Below, piece after piece: positions 51,694 to 64,000 of a DNA stretch of 64,000 bases. The notes beneath the pieces are model-generated. The model was given only the letters and a program-made list of their open reading frames with translations. It made no database searches and was not told the DNA's origin. Origin of the DNA: Octopus bimaculoides (Eukaryota). The number at the start of each line of letters is the position of its first letter. Within the stretch, counting starts at the first letter, position 1. Position numbers and translations under genes: made by a program. The DNA lies in assembly GCF_001194135.2 (NCBI RefSeq), contig NC_068983.1:117177033-117241032 (forward strand), written 5' to 3'.

Positions 51694-51824
51694 GGTGATA
51701 CATTGAAAGAAATATAATTTGACAGATGTGTTTCTGGAGCACATCTAATGTCCCCACTATCGATTGCATGAAATAAATTATGCATAGTAACGTTCATGAT
51801 ATTGTCGCCACTAACAGTTCGGTG
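51694..51824 (-). CDS. Candidate coding exon (131 nt, phase 0 in, phase 2 out): HRTVSGDNIMNVTMHNLFHAIDSGDIRCAPETHLSNYISFNVSP
   Basis: Acceptor (t)n-acttacaAG, donor ACC|GTAAGG; only one minus frame is open, and the plus-strand splice alternative is closed in all three frames. Confidence 0.4.
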
Positions 51825-53128
51825 CTTGTAAGTAAAAAAAAAAAAAAACAGGTAAGGAGTATTGTTAGTTGACAATAAATAATCCATCCCATGTTCCTTT
51901 CATTTATACAAGAACTGACTTGAGGCGAGGCTAAATAAACATTCTAATACATAATGTATAATGATGTATAAGAATATATGTAACTGAAAGTAATGGTGTT
52001 TATTGAAATTCCAAGTTTCGGTTGCCCCGGAAGACGTGTCTGGCTTTCTAGATTTTTTCTTTTTACTTTTGGAAAATGTAAGCTGATTTCAGTGGTTGAG
52101 GAAGGTAATAAAACCCAGACGTTTTGCTCCTGGCAAAACAGACAACCTTCACATAATTATCCCTACAGTGGAGAAACTGAACTGTAGAGTGTCACTCTGC
52201 ACTACTGCTTTAAGCCACCACCATTACCATCATCACCACAATAGCAACAACAAAGTATTTCTCAGACCACTAAAAGAGAGGCTCAAGGATAAGTCTTTTT
52301 CCCAATAGCTCTCACTAAAAACAACAATATCAAATAAAGGGTTTTGTTAAAGACAAAAATTAGGGAAGCACTAAATAGATTTAGCAAAGATATAACTATT
52401 AAAAAAAAACTCAAAAGAAAAGAAGAGGAATTGGTTGCTCGGATATAATTTCTTAAATTCCTCACGCTACATTTGCATGTGTAACTTCGCTTGGATCTTT
52501 TCCTTTTGATGGACAACTCGATGAATTAATTTTCTTCTATGTAGAAGAGACATCGCAAACGGTGTAGTAATGCTGTGAAAGACCTCAATCATTTCTTCAA
52601 CTCGAAACAAGAAGGCTGCTTTCCAAGTTCGCGGAGTGTGCTAATTCACAAATTAGAAAGTCTTTTGGCCTCGGATTATGGATGCCTTAAGTGGTAGCAA
52701 ATTTAGAATTCAGAGTATGATGACTGCGACAGGAATGTGTACTCCGATTCAAATCAGATAAGCTCACTTCACCAGCAGTACTTTACCGAATTGTTCTCTA
52801 TGAGAGGACTACAGGCAGTGGAATTTGATGACATGAATGTTTATTGCTTTTCTCGAACAGAGAGATAGAGCTTCGAAAAGCCAAATCCAGTTATCGAAAT
52901 GGTGAACCAAAGGTACCACTCTGTTAGACGCAAATGGAAGATTTTTCTTACCGGTTATATTTTCACACATAACCAAATTTAACTTTCAGATGTGTGAAAA
53001 TAAATCCTAACTGTTTCTGCGACAATCGAAATCATATTTGTATGCCACTCCTCACACCTATCTCCGAAGGGCTTTGAGATAACACTAATGCTTAATTTAT
53101 ATATAAGTCTGTGTGCATACGCGCGCTC

Positions 53129-53129
<1 letters not shown>

Positions 53130-53222
<93 letters not shown>
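53130..53222. repeat. (TA)n(TG)n microsatellite
   Basis: Visible. Confidence 0.95.
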
Positions 53223-53226
<4 letters not shown>

Positions 53227-54332
53227 TTGATTGATGTTTAATAAGCTGATGGATGGAGAAATATCCATAAATATAAATGGTTTTTGCTCACAAGCTCATA
53301 TTTCTAGTCGTCTGAGCAGTATATAAAATCTGTGCAGAAACCCATGTGCTAATCATTTCTCCGTTTTCCAGCTTATGTGAATAGGCGTCATTCTGATTGA
53401 ATCCGAACACAGCCGCTAATTTCACCTATTGGGTTGAAAAACCAGAGACTCTCTTAACAATATTGTCTTCATTTACTTCCGAAGCTGGACATAACGATTT
53501 TATTACATTATTTCCATTGATATTACTTCTATAGTTTAAAAAACCATACAAATAGTGTTTCTTTTGTAATCAGTTAAGCTAATCGATGTTTTCGAATTCA
53601 CAGTGCAATATATGTGATAGGTTACAGCATACACAGTTACAAAGTAGAGCGTTCCCTCAGGCAACTTTCGTCGGCTTTGATATTTCAATTCATAATCATC
53701 GTCACCAATTCCACTCTATATATTGTAACGTTTACGTCTTGAATATCTAGCGGAATATGCTTAGCTAAAGCGATTAAGAAAGGGCGAACCACGTTTGTTA
53801 CTCTCACCAATTTAGTTTTAAAAGAATACCTACTTCTAACTAACTCATTCGGGTTTGTCTTCGAACAGTTTGGATTCGCTGATATTATTGAATTTCTCAC
53901 CCTAACTTATTAACAACATACTTCAAACAAATGTAAAGAATTTTCTGTCTTGCAATTTTCAAATTGCTATTTCATGAATGAGATCGTACCGTATATTTAA
54001 CATGCTAACACGCATACAAACATGGAAACCCACACACACATACACGCACATACATGTAAATACACGCATATATATATATATATATATANNNNNNNNNNTT
54101 TTAAAGATGTTTATTCATTTGACCAGTTTCACTTTTTTTTAGAAAAAGATTGTCAAAAGTAAAATATAAAGGTTTGTATGACCTTTGTTTTGTTAAGTAT
54201 TAAAAAACAGAAATACATTCTTTGATAATAATAAGAAAATATTAAAAACAGTTTACAAGAAAGTATTTAAGAAAGTAATCAGAATGGGAGGAGTCCTGTT
54301 CTGATTATTTGCGGTACCTTACAACTTTACTT

Positions 54333-54369
<37 letters not shown>

Positions 54370-56010
54370 TGTATTCAATATTCAAGGTGAAGCTTGCTCA
54401 CTATTCAATAGAGGTATTCAATAACGTTCACTGCCAATTGACTTCAAGGATGGTGGTTATACTAACTGAAATCTGTATGCGTTTCCAAGAAACATTAGCA
54501 AATACTTCAAAAGTAAATTCATTAAAACTAGGAATGGAAACTACTTTAAAGATTCTGTTCACTGTGAGATTATCTTATGGTGTTCGATGCTATTTATAAA
54601 ATTGTTACGATACACATATTGCAGATAATATGTTCGTAAAAATTCAGTCTGTACAGATCAAAATTGCACAATTTAAAGCAAAGTATAGATTCTCCTCCAA
54701 ATCAGCCTTTTGTTACTTGACAGAAATAGACATTCTCGCTAGTTCCAGGGAATTATGTATTTATACATACTGCCTTTGTTTGGCGTTAATGGATGCAGCG
54801 ACAATAAAACAATGTGTATATTTATAGTTATTGAACGGTTGTTAGACGTGTTATATATGACATGACTGCTACATCACATTCGTGATTTGTCTCAATATCA
54901 TTTTGATATTTTTATGTTAAAAACAAAGTACTGTGTTTGGAGACGATAGTATTAATTTGATGGAAATTGAGTAATTAAAAGTATATATAAGTAGATGAAA
55001 TATGCTTATTAAACTATAATTGTTCTTAGAATATATTTGTTTTATATCGACTTCTCAAATAATCACAAAATTTGCAATTTCTGGGAGGATGCCTATAAGA
55101 TTGAATTGATGCCAATGTATGACTGGCGTCTACTTCATCGACTGCAAAAGAAATAATGAACAGTTGTTATAGGCGTGATTGGCAATATGCACTAAAGTGC
55201 TGAGAGATATAAAATTTAGTAGAGAAGAGAAGGGCATTGAGTAGCTACTCGGATCAAATTGTGAAAAGAAGCAACAAAATCTTACTCAAAGTTTACGTTA
55301 CTTTCTTAAGAAATGAAACGCAAATTCGAAAATATTATTCCAGCTATCTATATCACTGAATAAAAGAGGTGATGATCATGTTTGACACGAATTTAATCCA
55401 TGACCTGCTCATTCAGGGTTGATCTGGCATTAAACAACTAATAGAAATATTTTAAATGCTTAAACAAGAAACAATGAATTAAAGATATGGAATAGAAAAT
55501 GAAGATGTTTCATGTATTAACTTCTCTATTTTGCTTCATAAATCAAGAACGCCAACTTCGGTGAGATAAAGTTACTGGAACGAAACTAAATTTTACAACG
55601 TAATTAGTCAAATAAACGAATCTTTCTCATTCTCCACTGTTCATAAAACTTTTACACAATAAAATAAAACAACAACTTAAGGATTAATTAATTTATAGTT
55701 CAGCTAAAGTTGATCATGAAATGTTTTTGAATGGACTGAAATACGGACTTAAGAATTGCAGGTAACATGTATGTACTTTCATGCACAATCGTATTGGGAC
55801 ATTTAACATAATTACGTTTATTTTCGTGATTTGTGTTGCTTTCAGTATGTCAAACATTACTTCACTGAATGATGAGAAAGACAGCGGATTGTCTGCTNNN
55901 NNNNNNNNNNNNNNNNNNNNNNNNNNNNNNNNNNNNNNNNNNNNNNNNNNNNNNNNNNNNNNNNNNNNNNNNNNNNNNNNNNNNNNNNNNNNNNNNNNNN
56001 NNNNNNNNNN

Positions 56011-56077
<67 letters not shown>

Positions 56078-56109
56078 GATAGATAGAAACATACATACAC
56101 GACACATGT

Positions 56110-56830
56110 ATGTATAGAAAAAGTGAAAGGGATACAGTGAACTTGCCGTGAGGAATGGAATATCCAACGTTTCGGATGTGATCCTTCGTTAGGGTGTTCA
56201 GAAAAAAAGAAGTTGAAGAAAGACAAATAGAGTTTGTATCCTCTCAGCTTGAAAAACTGGCTGCAACTGACAATGGACGATGAATAACATGGGCTGCTAA
56301 CGTGAAACAGAAATTATAGGAGAGGGCGTGCAAAAAGGAAGAGGAAAAGAGTGATAGACAGGGTAGAGATAAGTAAATAGAGTTAAGAGAGTAGAGTAGA
56401 GAGAGGGTTGAAGGAAGATAAAAAAGGGTAAAACAGAATTAAGAGGTGGTGAAAGGATGAAGGGAAAAATGTCCATTCATACCTGACGGGGATAAATGTC
56501 AAGATCTAATATGTGTAAAAAGTGCTATTCTTGTTATGCGTTAAATGATAAGGCTGGAAAGATATCAATCAGGAATGCATTTATTCGATCCATTCACATA
56601 AGGTATGGATTTCTCAATTACTTTCCATTTAATCACACGTAGTGTTTCTTTATCTTTCAAAGTCCATACACAGCTAGCCAACTTCGTAGCTTTACTTTTG
56701 TTCCTAGTAAATACATCGAATAAACGTAGACTTTGTTTGGCTGAAAGAGCGCAGATCCTGTTCAGATCTATGATACGTAACTCTTTATTGAACTCCATTA
56801 AACTTGATGATTATGCATAACTTTTCGAAT
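56110..56830 (-). mobile_element. PLE (Naiad-type) endonuclease C-terminus plus 3'UTR
   Basis: ORF 56565..56798 ..KATKLASCVWTLKDKETLRVIKWKVIEKSIPYVNGSNKC, matching the C-terminal half of the endonucleases at 22.4 kb and 63.6 kb. Confidence 0.75.
56161..56196 (-). ncRNA. Minimal hammerhead-like motif in the PLE 3'UTR
   Basis: CC-CTAACGA-AGGATCACATCC-GAAACGTT-GG; one core change (CUGACGA to CUAACGA), palindromic ACGT stem III, weak stem I. Confidence 0.65.
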
Positions 56831-56983
56831 ATCTTCCATACATAACGAACGAATGATAAATTATTTCACAAGCGTGAGAATATCTTAGTAAATTCGGACC
56901 AAAATGCTGAAGTCGCAAGTAACTTTAATCTCGTTAACCACACACATTCGTACACAATATGTACACACACACACACACATACA

Positions 56984-57023
<40 letters not shown>

Positions 57024-57422
57024 TACACATATAAACACACACATACTCACACACACATAGAGACACACATATTATATTATATTAGAGGAAAATCAAACGA
57101 AGGCAGAGCCTGGTATAGCGGAACCCTAACACGGCTCCCTAGATCCAGCCTTAGCTGTGATCTTGGAACCTAACGGTTGTCCAACTATAGCTCTTACCCA
57201 GCGTACCTATTTGTTTAAATCACAAGTGAACTATACCCCTCATATTCTTTATATATTCTTTATATATTCTTTATATNNNNNNNNNNNNNNNNNNNNNNNN
57301 NNNNNNNNNNNNNNNNNNNNNNNNNNNNNNNNNNNNNNNNNNNNNNNNNNNNNNNNNNNNNNNNNNNNNNNNNNNNNNNNNNNNNNNNNNNNNNNNNNNN
57401 NNNNNNNNNNNNNNTATATATA

Positions 57423-58148
57423 AGGCATAACGTCGCCATCACTAGTGATCATACCAGACACCATGATGTTGACTGGATGCTTGGTTTTTATCACTCTCAG
57501 TACATGTTTTGGGATACTGCAGGCCAACGCTTGTTCTGTGTGTTCACCAGCTGATCCTGACAGAGATTCTCTCACGTGAGAAAATCCAAAGCCTGTTCGG
57601 TTAGAGGGGATGCTTAAGTTTGTTCAAAAGCTTCGTAGCGCGGTCTTTTCTATTGTCTTTGATGGCTTTTGAGAAAAATGGGCCCTTTCTTATCTCGTAT
57701 GAGGAATACCGAATGTCTTCATGCACTAACTTCCTGATAAGAAACTCCCATGTCCCTAGCCTTGGACCTGATTGACTTGGCGGGATCATGTCCTGGGTAT
57801 CACTAACAAATCCAGGATTTCTCTTCTTATCAGAACGATCAGTGTGAGTTTTCCGAGCTGCCGTACCTTCGTAATCACCATCGAACTCTTTCCAAATCCT
57901 CTGCACTGTCCTCAGATTGACACCGAGTCACTCTGAAATATTCTTATTGGAGTTTCTCACGCGAATGCCAAGTAGTACAGCATGTCATTTCTAAATTTCT
58001 GGCAGAGTGAACTGCGCCATGGTGCTGTTTTCTCACATACGGTGCCCATCTGACCCTACTATGCTGTGTAGTTGACACAATTCTAAAAACAAATGCGTAT
58101 GCTTGAAATTAAAAATATAAAATAGCACCCAATTTACGCATCGCACCC

Positions 58149-58149
<1 letters not shown>
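57423..58149 (-). mobile_element. DD37D (maT)-like Tc1/mariner transposon, 5' part
   Basis: ATG at 58021; ..LVHEDIRYSSY..KLLNKLKHPL; KTKHPVNIMVSGMITSDGDVMP (K.P..VMV.G...SDG.VMP); TIR-like AGGGTGCGATGCGTAAATTG ending at 58149. Confidence 0.7.
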
Positions 58150-58205
<56 letters not shown>

Positions 58206-58681
58206 NNNNNNNNNNNNNNNNNNNNNNNNNNNNNNNNNNNNNNNNNNNNNNNNNNNNNNNNNNNNNNNNNNNNNNNNNNNNNNNNNNNNNNNNNNNNNNN
58301 NNNNNNNNNNNNNNNNNNNNNNNNNNNNNNNNNNNNNNNNNNNNNNNNNNNNNNNNNNNNNNNNNNNNNNNNNNNNNNNNNNNNNNNNNNNNNNNNNNNN
58401 NNNNNNNNNNNNNNNNNNNNNNNNNNNNNNNNNNNNNNNNNNNNNNNNNNNNNNNNNNNNNNNNNNNNNNNNNNNNNNNNNNNNNNNNNNNNNNNNNNNN
58501 NNNNNNNNNNNNNNNNNNNNNNNNNNNNNNNNNNNNNNNNNNNNNNNNNNNNNNNNNNNNNNNNNNNNNNNNNNNNNNNNNNNNNNNNNNNNNNNNNNNN
58601 NNNNNNNNNNNNNNNNNNNNNNNNNNNNNNNNNNNNNNNNNNNNNNNNNNNNNNNNNNNNNNNNNNNNNNNNNNNNNNNNN

Positions 58682-58720
<39 letters not shown>

Positions 58721-59094
58721 AAAGTAAGAAAATGGAGATATAGCATTTAATGAAAATTTATTATGTACAAAATTCAAGCATAGTCCCTTACAGCTGTTTC
58801 AGTTAACCCTAACAGATTAAATGGCAATTATTAAAATCATTATATTAAGCAAAATCTGTTCAGAGGGTTAGAAGAAAGATATACCGTTAGATTTTTTTCT
58901 ATGTGTTGTATTTTAGAAAAAAATAATTTTTTGCCTAATGTATAAACTGAGCTTTGAAGCGCTCAAGATATTCGAACTTGAGGCATTAGATGAATATAGA
59001 AATGAGAATCAAGTTAGACTAATCAATTCACTCATAATAATACGTATATTCAACCATAGATCTAATATGCATGAAGTTTTATAATATACGTAAT

Positions 59095-59195
59095 ACATAC
59101 ATACATACATACATACATACATACATACATACATACATACGTACATACATACGTATGTACGTATGTATGTCTATATATATATATGTGTGTGTGTG

Positions 59196-59248
<53 letters not shown>

Positions 59249-59258
59249 GTGTGTGTGT
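59095..59258. repeat. (ATAC)n turning to (GTAT)n, then (TA)n(TG)n
   Basis: Visible. Confidence 0.9.
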
Positions 59259-60914
59259 ATTTTCAAAAAGATTCATTAAATATCTAATTTTTCCTAAATT
59301 TCTAATTGTCTTCTTGACGCAAAATTTGCCATGAGTGAAATCTATAATTGAAACGGCTTCAGTCTCTAGGGGAATTTAATGCACTTCCATTAAGCTATTA
59401 ATGTCACTGGGAACAGCATGCAAATCTAAGTACGTCGCTCTCCAATTATGTAAATATTTAATCTGATTCCTACATATAAACTCGTTTCCTTAACATTAAC
59501 ATATTTCCCATTTCAAAATATGCGCATATTAGATACACAAGAGTGTTAAGGAGAGTATAGTATATGAGTTCCAAACTAGGAAAGAAAACAAACCAGGCGT
59601 GCTGTATAGAAATAACACTTTGTGATAACACGTAAGGGAGAGATTTGTTGTACACCCCGCGGAGATAAAGATAGCGGCTGGAAAGTATGTCACGAAAGTG
59701 ACAGAATATTTTATACTATAATACACTCTTAGTACATTTCTCTAGGATTGAAATGAAAGACATATGGCAATCAGGCACATATAATTGCACTATCAATTAA
59801 TATTGGATTTCTTGTAATGTATCAATAATTTAGATACCTGTAATCGTCGATGCAGAAAATCATTGAAAAGTAAAATGAAGGCACATAAAGACATATAATG
59901 CGTCTATAAATAAATACATACATACTTACATACATACACGCATGCATACAAACAAACATGCATTAATACATGCACACATTCATATTTGCATACATACAAG
60001 CATACATCCATACATTCATATATTTAAAATGATTTGACATACTTATAAACATTCTTACACAGGAATACTGAGGCGAAACAAACGTGGGTACACTGATTTA
60101 TGTAAGACTGATATTGTTTATATTACAACTGACAAAAACACAAGCACACATTGTTATTTCCAACGATAAGTCTACTGTGTTACTTTTTAGTATTAGTTTT
60201 CACAACTTGTGGGAAGTGAGTCACTTCCGGTTTGTATCTGGGATCGAGGCTGTTTTTTTTTTCAGAAAAAGAGGTGGGGTCCATTTTGTCTCCTGTCTGT
60301 ATCTCAGAAAACCCGCTGTCATCCCTGAATGATCTTCTTTGGTTATTTTATGTTATTGCGAGCGTGGCTTTGTACCAGTGTGACCAAAGTTTTTGTAAGA
60401 TAATTTAAATATATCTAGCTGTTTTCCTTACATTAACCTGAGACATATAACGATGTGTAGATAATTGTGTATCCTTGGGCGGAAGTATTTCAGTATATCC
60501 AACATTTTTTTCTTCATTCGTTACTTATCACCCGCCTGTGTCAGTCATAATAAACATGTTCAATGTATTTTGTAATCAAATTTTGTTATAGAAAGTTGTA
60601 TACAGGAAGTCAAATATCAGTAAAATCCTGTTCAAATAATTTTTGTATTTAAGTTTGTCTTATTTTGTAGTCTACCGTAGACTACCATACATTTGTATAT
60701 ACACGCGGTATACCTGTACGATGTTACGTACAAGTAGAAAATAAATGACTCCAAAAATTTTAAACATTGTTCTTCTTTGTTGTCACAGTGGTGATTGTGA
60801 CCCGCTTGCCTAGATTTCTTAACGAAGCAGCAACACACATACATATGGACCCAAGTGAATAATGAAAACAACGCAAAGATTTAATTTTTCTTATTGTACT
60901 AATAACTCTGCTAA

Positions 60915-61126
60915 GTCACCGCCTTCAATTGGCCAGGTATCTTAGTGGGAGGGGATAAGTGAATTAGATCAACCCAGTACTTGACCGGTACTTAATTTAT
61001 CGTGTCTGAAAGGATGAGAGGCAAAGTTGACCTCGGAAGAATTTGAACTCTAAGTGTAAAGATTTTGAGCAAATAGCACCAAGCTTTGTGTCTGACGTTT
61101 TACAGATTCTGCGATCTCGCTACCTC
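60915..61126 (-). mobile_element. SINE type A, diverged
   Basis: GAGTTCAAATTCTTCCGAGGTCAACTTTGCC..AAGTACCGGTCAAGTACTGGG. Confidence 0.75.
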
Positions 61127-61311
61127 AAATATTGGATTGAAAATGTTTCAATATATTAGCGAATGCCAATAAAAACTAAACAATATATATGGCTAGAATT
61201 AAATTAATGTAAATAAAGTTATAAATTTGAATTCTTCTGCTATTGATGACTCTTGACACCAACTTTGTTTTTCAACTACAGCATTTCAGGTCGATGCACA
61301 AAATCCTATAA

Positions 61312-62720
61312 TCGCAAGAAGAAAGGCGGAATGTACATTTGGTGCAATGCAGTCAACAGGGGCAGTGCCTGAGATGGGAGGAAAACGTGGTCAGTCGCAG
61401 AATCTCATGGAAGGAACTTTGGGCTTGGGAACAAGCAAGAACAGCCTTCCTGATCAAGTCTACCTTCGACGTTCTACCCTCACCGGCGAACTTAGTTCGA
61501 TGGAACATAAAAACAACCGATGAATGTGGATGCGGGGAGAAAGCGACGGTGAGACACGTCCTGTCAAGCTGCAGACTAGCACTGGAAAGGTATACATGGC
61601 GCCATAATCAAGTCCTTGGCGTCATAAGTGCAGCACTCAAGGAGAAGATCGAGGGANNNNNNNNNNNNNNNNNNNNNNNNNNNNNNNNNNNNNNNNNNNN
61701 NNNNNNNNNNNNNNNNNNNNNNNNNNNNNNNNNNNNNNNNNNNNNNNNNNNNNNNNNNNNNNNNNNNNNNNNNNNNNNNNNNNNNNNNNNNNNNNNNNNN
61801 NNNNNNNNNNNNNNNNNNNNNNNNNNNNNNNNNNNNNNNNNNNNNNNNNNNNNNNNNNNNNNNNNNNNNNNNNNNNNNNNNNNNNNNNNNNNNNNNNNNN
61901 NNNNNNNNNNNNNNNNNNNNNNNNNNNNNNNNNNNNNNNNNNNNNNNNNNNNNNNNNNNNNNNNNNNNNNNNNNNNNNNNNNNNNNNNNNNNNNNNNNNN
62001 NNNNNNNNNNNNNNNNNNNNNNNNNNNNNNNNNNNNNNNNNNNNNNNNNNNNNNNNNNNNNNNNNNNNNNNNNNNNNNNNNNNNNNNNNNNNNNNNNNNN
62101 NNNNNNNNNNNNNNNNNNNNNNNNNNNNNNNNNNNNNNNNNNNNNNNNNNNNNNNNNNNNNNNNNNNNNNNNNNNNNNNNNNNNNNNNNNNNNNNNNNNN
62201 NNNNNNNNNNNNNNNNNNNNNNNNNNNNNNNNNNNNNNNNNNNNNNNNNNNNNNNNNNNNNNNNNNNNNNNNNNNNNNNNNNNNNNNNNNNNNNNNNNNN
62301 NNNNNNNNNNNNNNNNNNNNNNNNNNNNNNNNNNNNNNNNNNNNNNNNNNNNNNNNNNNNNNNNNNNNNNNNNNNNNNNNNNNNNNNNNNNNNNNNNNNN
62401 NNNNNNNNNNNNNNNNNNNNNNNNNNNNNNNNNNNNNNNNNNNNNNNNNNNNNNNNNNNNNNTGGACTCTAGCAGCGGGAAATTTAGACAGTGTCACGTG
62501 ACAACTAGCTGGGGCTGCCTGCTGGAGCCTAGCAGCAGATATAAAAAGGGGAACTTGACATGACGATCGAAGAGGCCAGGGAATAGAAGAAAGAAGACAT
62601 GCACCCAACACCAGAGCTGAAGACACCTCCGAAAGGAGGGGCCCCGCCACGTCAAAACGGTAGAGGAGTAGGGGCCGAAACCGGACGTGGTTCCTCCTGA
62701 TGATGTCTTCAGCTAACTGG
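61312..62720 (+). mobile_element. 5'-truncated HERO-like RLE non-LTR retrotransposon with 9-bp TSD ATCCTATAA (61303-61311 and 62721-62729); interior is N
   Basis: QEERR..VQCSQQGQCLRWE..SWKELW..FLIKSTFDVLPSPANLVRW..CGCGEKATVRHVLSSCRLALERYTWRHNQVL (CCHC knuckle, HERO-like); exact flanking 9-mer duplication. Confidence 0.85.
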
Positions 62721-62974
62721 ATCCTATAAAGGAGCTGTTGTGGTAGCGGACCACGAAACATGGTTGAAATTCCTTCCTCACCCCAAAACCTACCCAATAC
62801 CAAAGTGCAGCTATCTCTCTAGCTTTCAAGTCATTCAAACATTTCCTCTTCGCAATTTTGCCACTTCACAAACCCTATGACGCTTTATACCTGTCGGTGC
62901 ACTGCCAGTTTTAAGCTAATTATTTTTGGCAGCATACATACTTCGTTCTAGACCTACGAAAAACAACTGGAAGA

Positions 62975-63838
62975 GTGACTGAAACTATCCTTTTTGTATA
63001 TTTCCCCGCTTACCACACTCAAGAAAAACCTCAATACCCCAAGTGTACCAATTGTGCTGCAGCCGTTCGGACATGTTTAATCTATAACACTCTCTCCTTA
63101 AAACCGAATGGCCTTCCCTCAACAGCGCATCTCTATCCGGTCCGCGATGGCTACTTAATCATACAGCACTCAAGCTTTCCTGCCTCCCAAAATGCTCCCA
63201 CCTTCAGGTTATTTGCCAATAGAAGGTTCCCCTCACTTTCCAGAAATCTTTTTTTCTCCACAGATACTGAACAATCCATAGACAAAGATAGAGTAACCAA
63301 GCCCGCAACGTATGTCACCACCAGTACAATAGCCGCACCTAGAAATGATGAACAACCCAGGACTAGCGACTTGGAGGAAGTATCCGCCGTTCCCAGTACC
63401 AACACCACAGATGATGACCAAATAATTATCTTCGAGACCGATGAAATGACCGGCCCCACACCATATGTTACCAGGTGTGCGAATAGGACCACATCCTATG
63501 TTTGTAAAGCTATTGGATCTGCGAGTACTTCTTTCAAGCCACGTTTTCTTAACCACCAGTCATCCTTCAGAGTCCCAGAAGGACGGTTTGTCATGTCCCT
63601 GGCCCGCCATGTGTGGCACCTCGAAGATCAAAGGACTCTGTGTGATATCAGGTGGAAATTAATCGGTCAGCCGGACCCATATATTAATGGAAGTGGCCGT
63701 TGCAAGTTCTGCATCGTGGAGAGAGCTAAAATTCTGAAGAATGATGCGAAACTTGGCGCGTTAAATAGTTGTAAAGAAGTGTTTTCTAAATGAGTCCACT
63801 TCAAGCACTACGTATTGGAAAATTGGATCTCCCTGTGA
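62975..63838 (+). mobile_element. PLE (Naiad-type) thumb remnant + long linker + GIY-YIG endonuclease; 272-codon ORF, TGA at 63791, frame continues to TGA at 63836
   Basis: IGSASTSFKPRFLNHQSSFR..SLARHVWHL..IRWKLIG..PY..GRCKFCIVERAKIL..LNSCKEVFSK*VHFKHYVL. A shifted frame near 63150-63200 gives LLNHTALKLSCLPK (thumb end). Confidence 0.8.
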
Positions 63839-64000
63839 GCTGATTGCGCCTCTTCGGGTTTATAATGGTTGATTTTTCCTTTGCTTCCGGGGAGAAAACA
63901 CGTCCTCATTAATGTTTTTTTGTTAAGATGTATATTTCGATTTCTGAGCGTTTCCTCAAGTCCGCGACGTAGAAATTTTTAATTTTTGTCTGTATATGTA

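Noticed and set aside
59470-59726. Hydrophobic minus-strand ORFs as further exons
   Set aside because: An acceptor is present but there is no good donor before the stop; AT-rich DNA gives hydrophobic translations by default.
62618-62700. Canonical hammerhead or HDV ribozyme at the HERO 3' end
   Set aside because: The type I reading fails at stem I and U16.1 (ACCGGAC); the type II reading lacks stem II pairing; HDV P3/L3 is absent.

Overview
AT-rich animal nuclear DNA, almost entirely repeat-derived, with many N runs and dense microsatellites. The SINE repertoire and microsatellite load suggest a coleoid cephalopod such as Octopus (inference from recalled repeat families; no search run). I found no rRNA, tRNA gene, CRISPR array or intact long host ORF; most entries in the ORF track are microsatellite or N artefacts. 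Recognisable content: (i) five Penelope-like element (PLE) pieces resembling the Naiad type, and four hammerhead-ribozyme-like motifs, three of them 3' of a PLE piece; (ii) a near full-length decayed Mag-lineage Ty3/Gypsy element (38434-42536, -) with two very divergent LTRs; (iii) non-LTR elements: a HERO-like copy with a 9-bp target duplication and a structured 3' end, R4/Dong-like copies (one sitting in an (ATT)n tract), and CR1/L2-like RT fragments; (iv) an XPG+Cys-rich Academ-type DNA transposon remnant; (v) five Tc1/mariner-family remnants; (vi) more than 15 tRNA-derived SINE copies of about three types; (vii) a small inverted-repeat element enclosing (CCCTAA)n; (viii) several minus-strand segments with good splice signals that may be exons of a membrane-protein gene (tentatively otopetrin-like, low confidence). 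Best leads: a TGA at the position of a conserved Cys in a PLE endonuclease ORF (possible selenocysteine), PLE hammerheads, the folded HERO 3' terminus, and the candidate split gene. All alignments and folds were done by eye.
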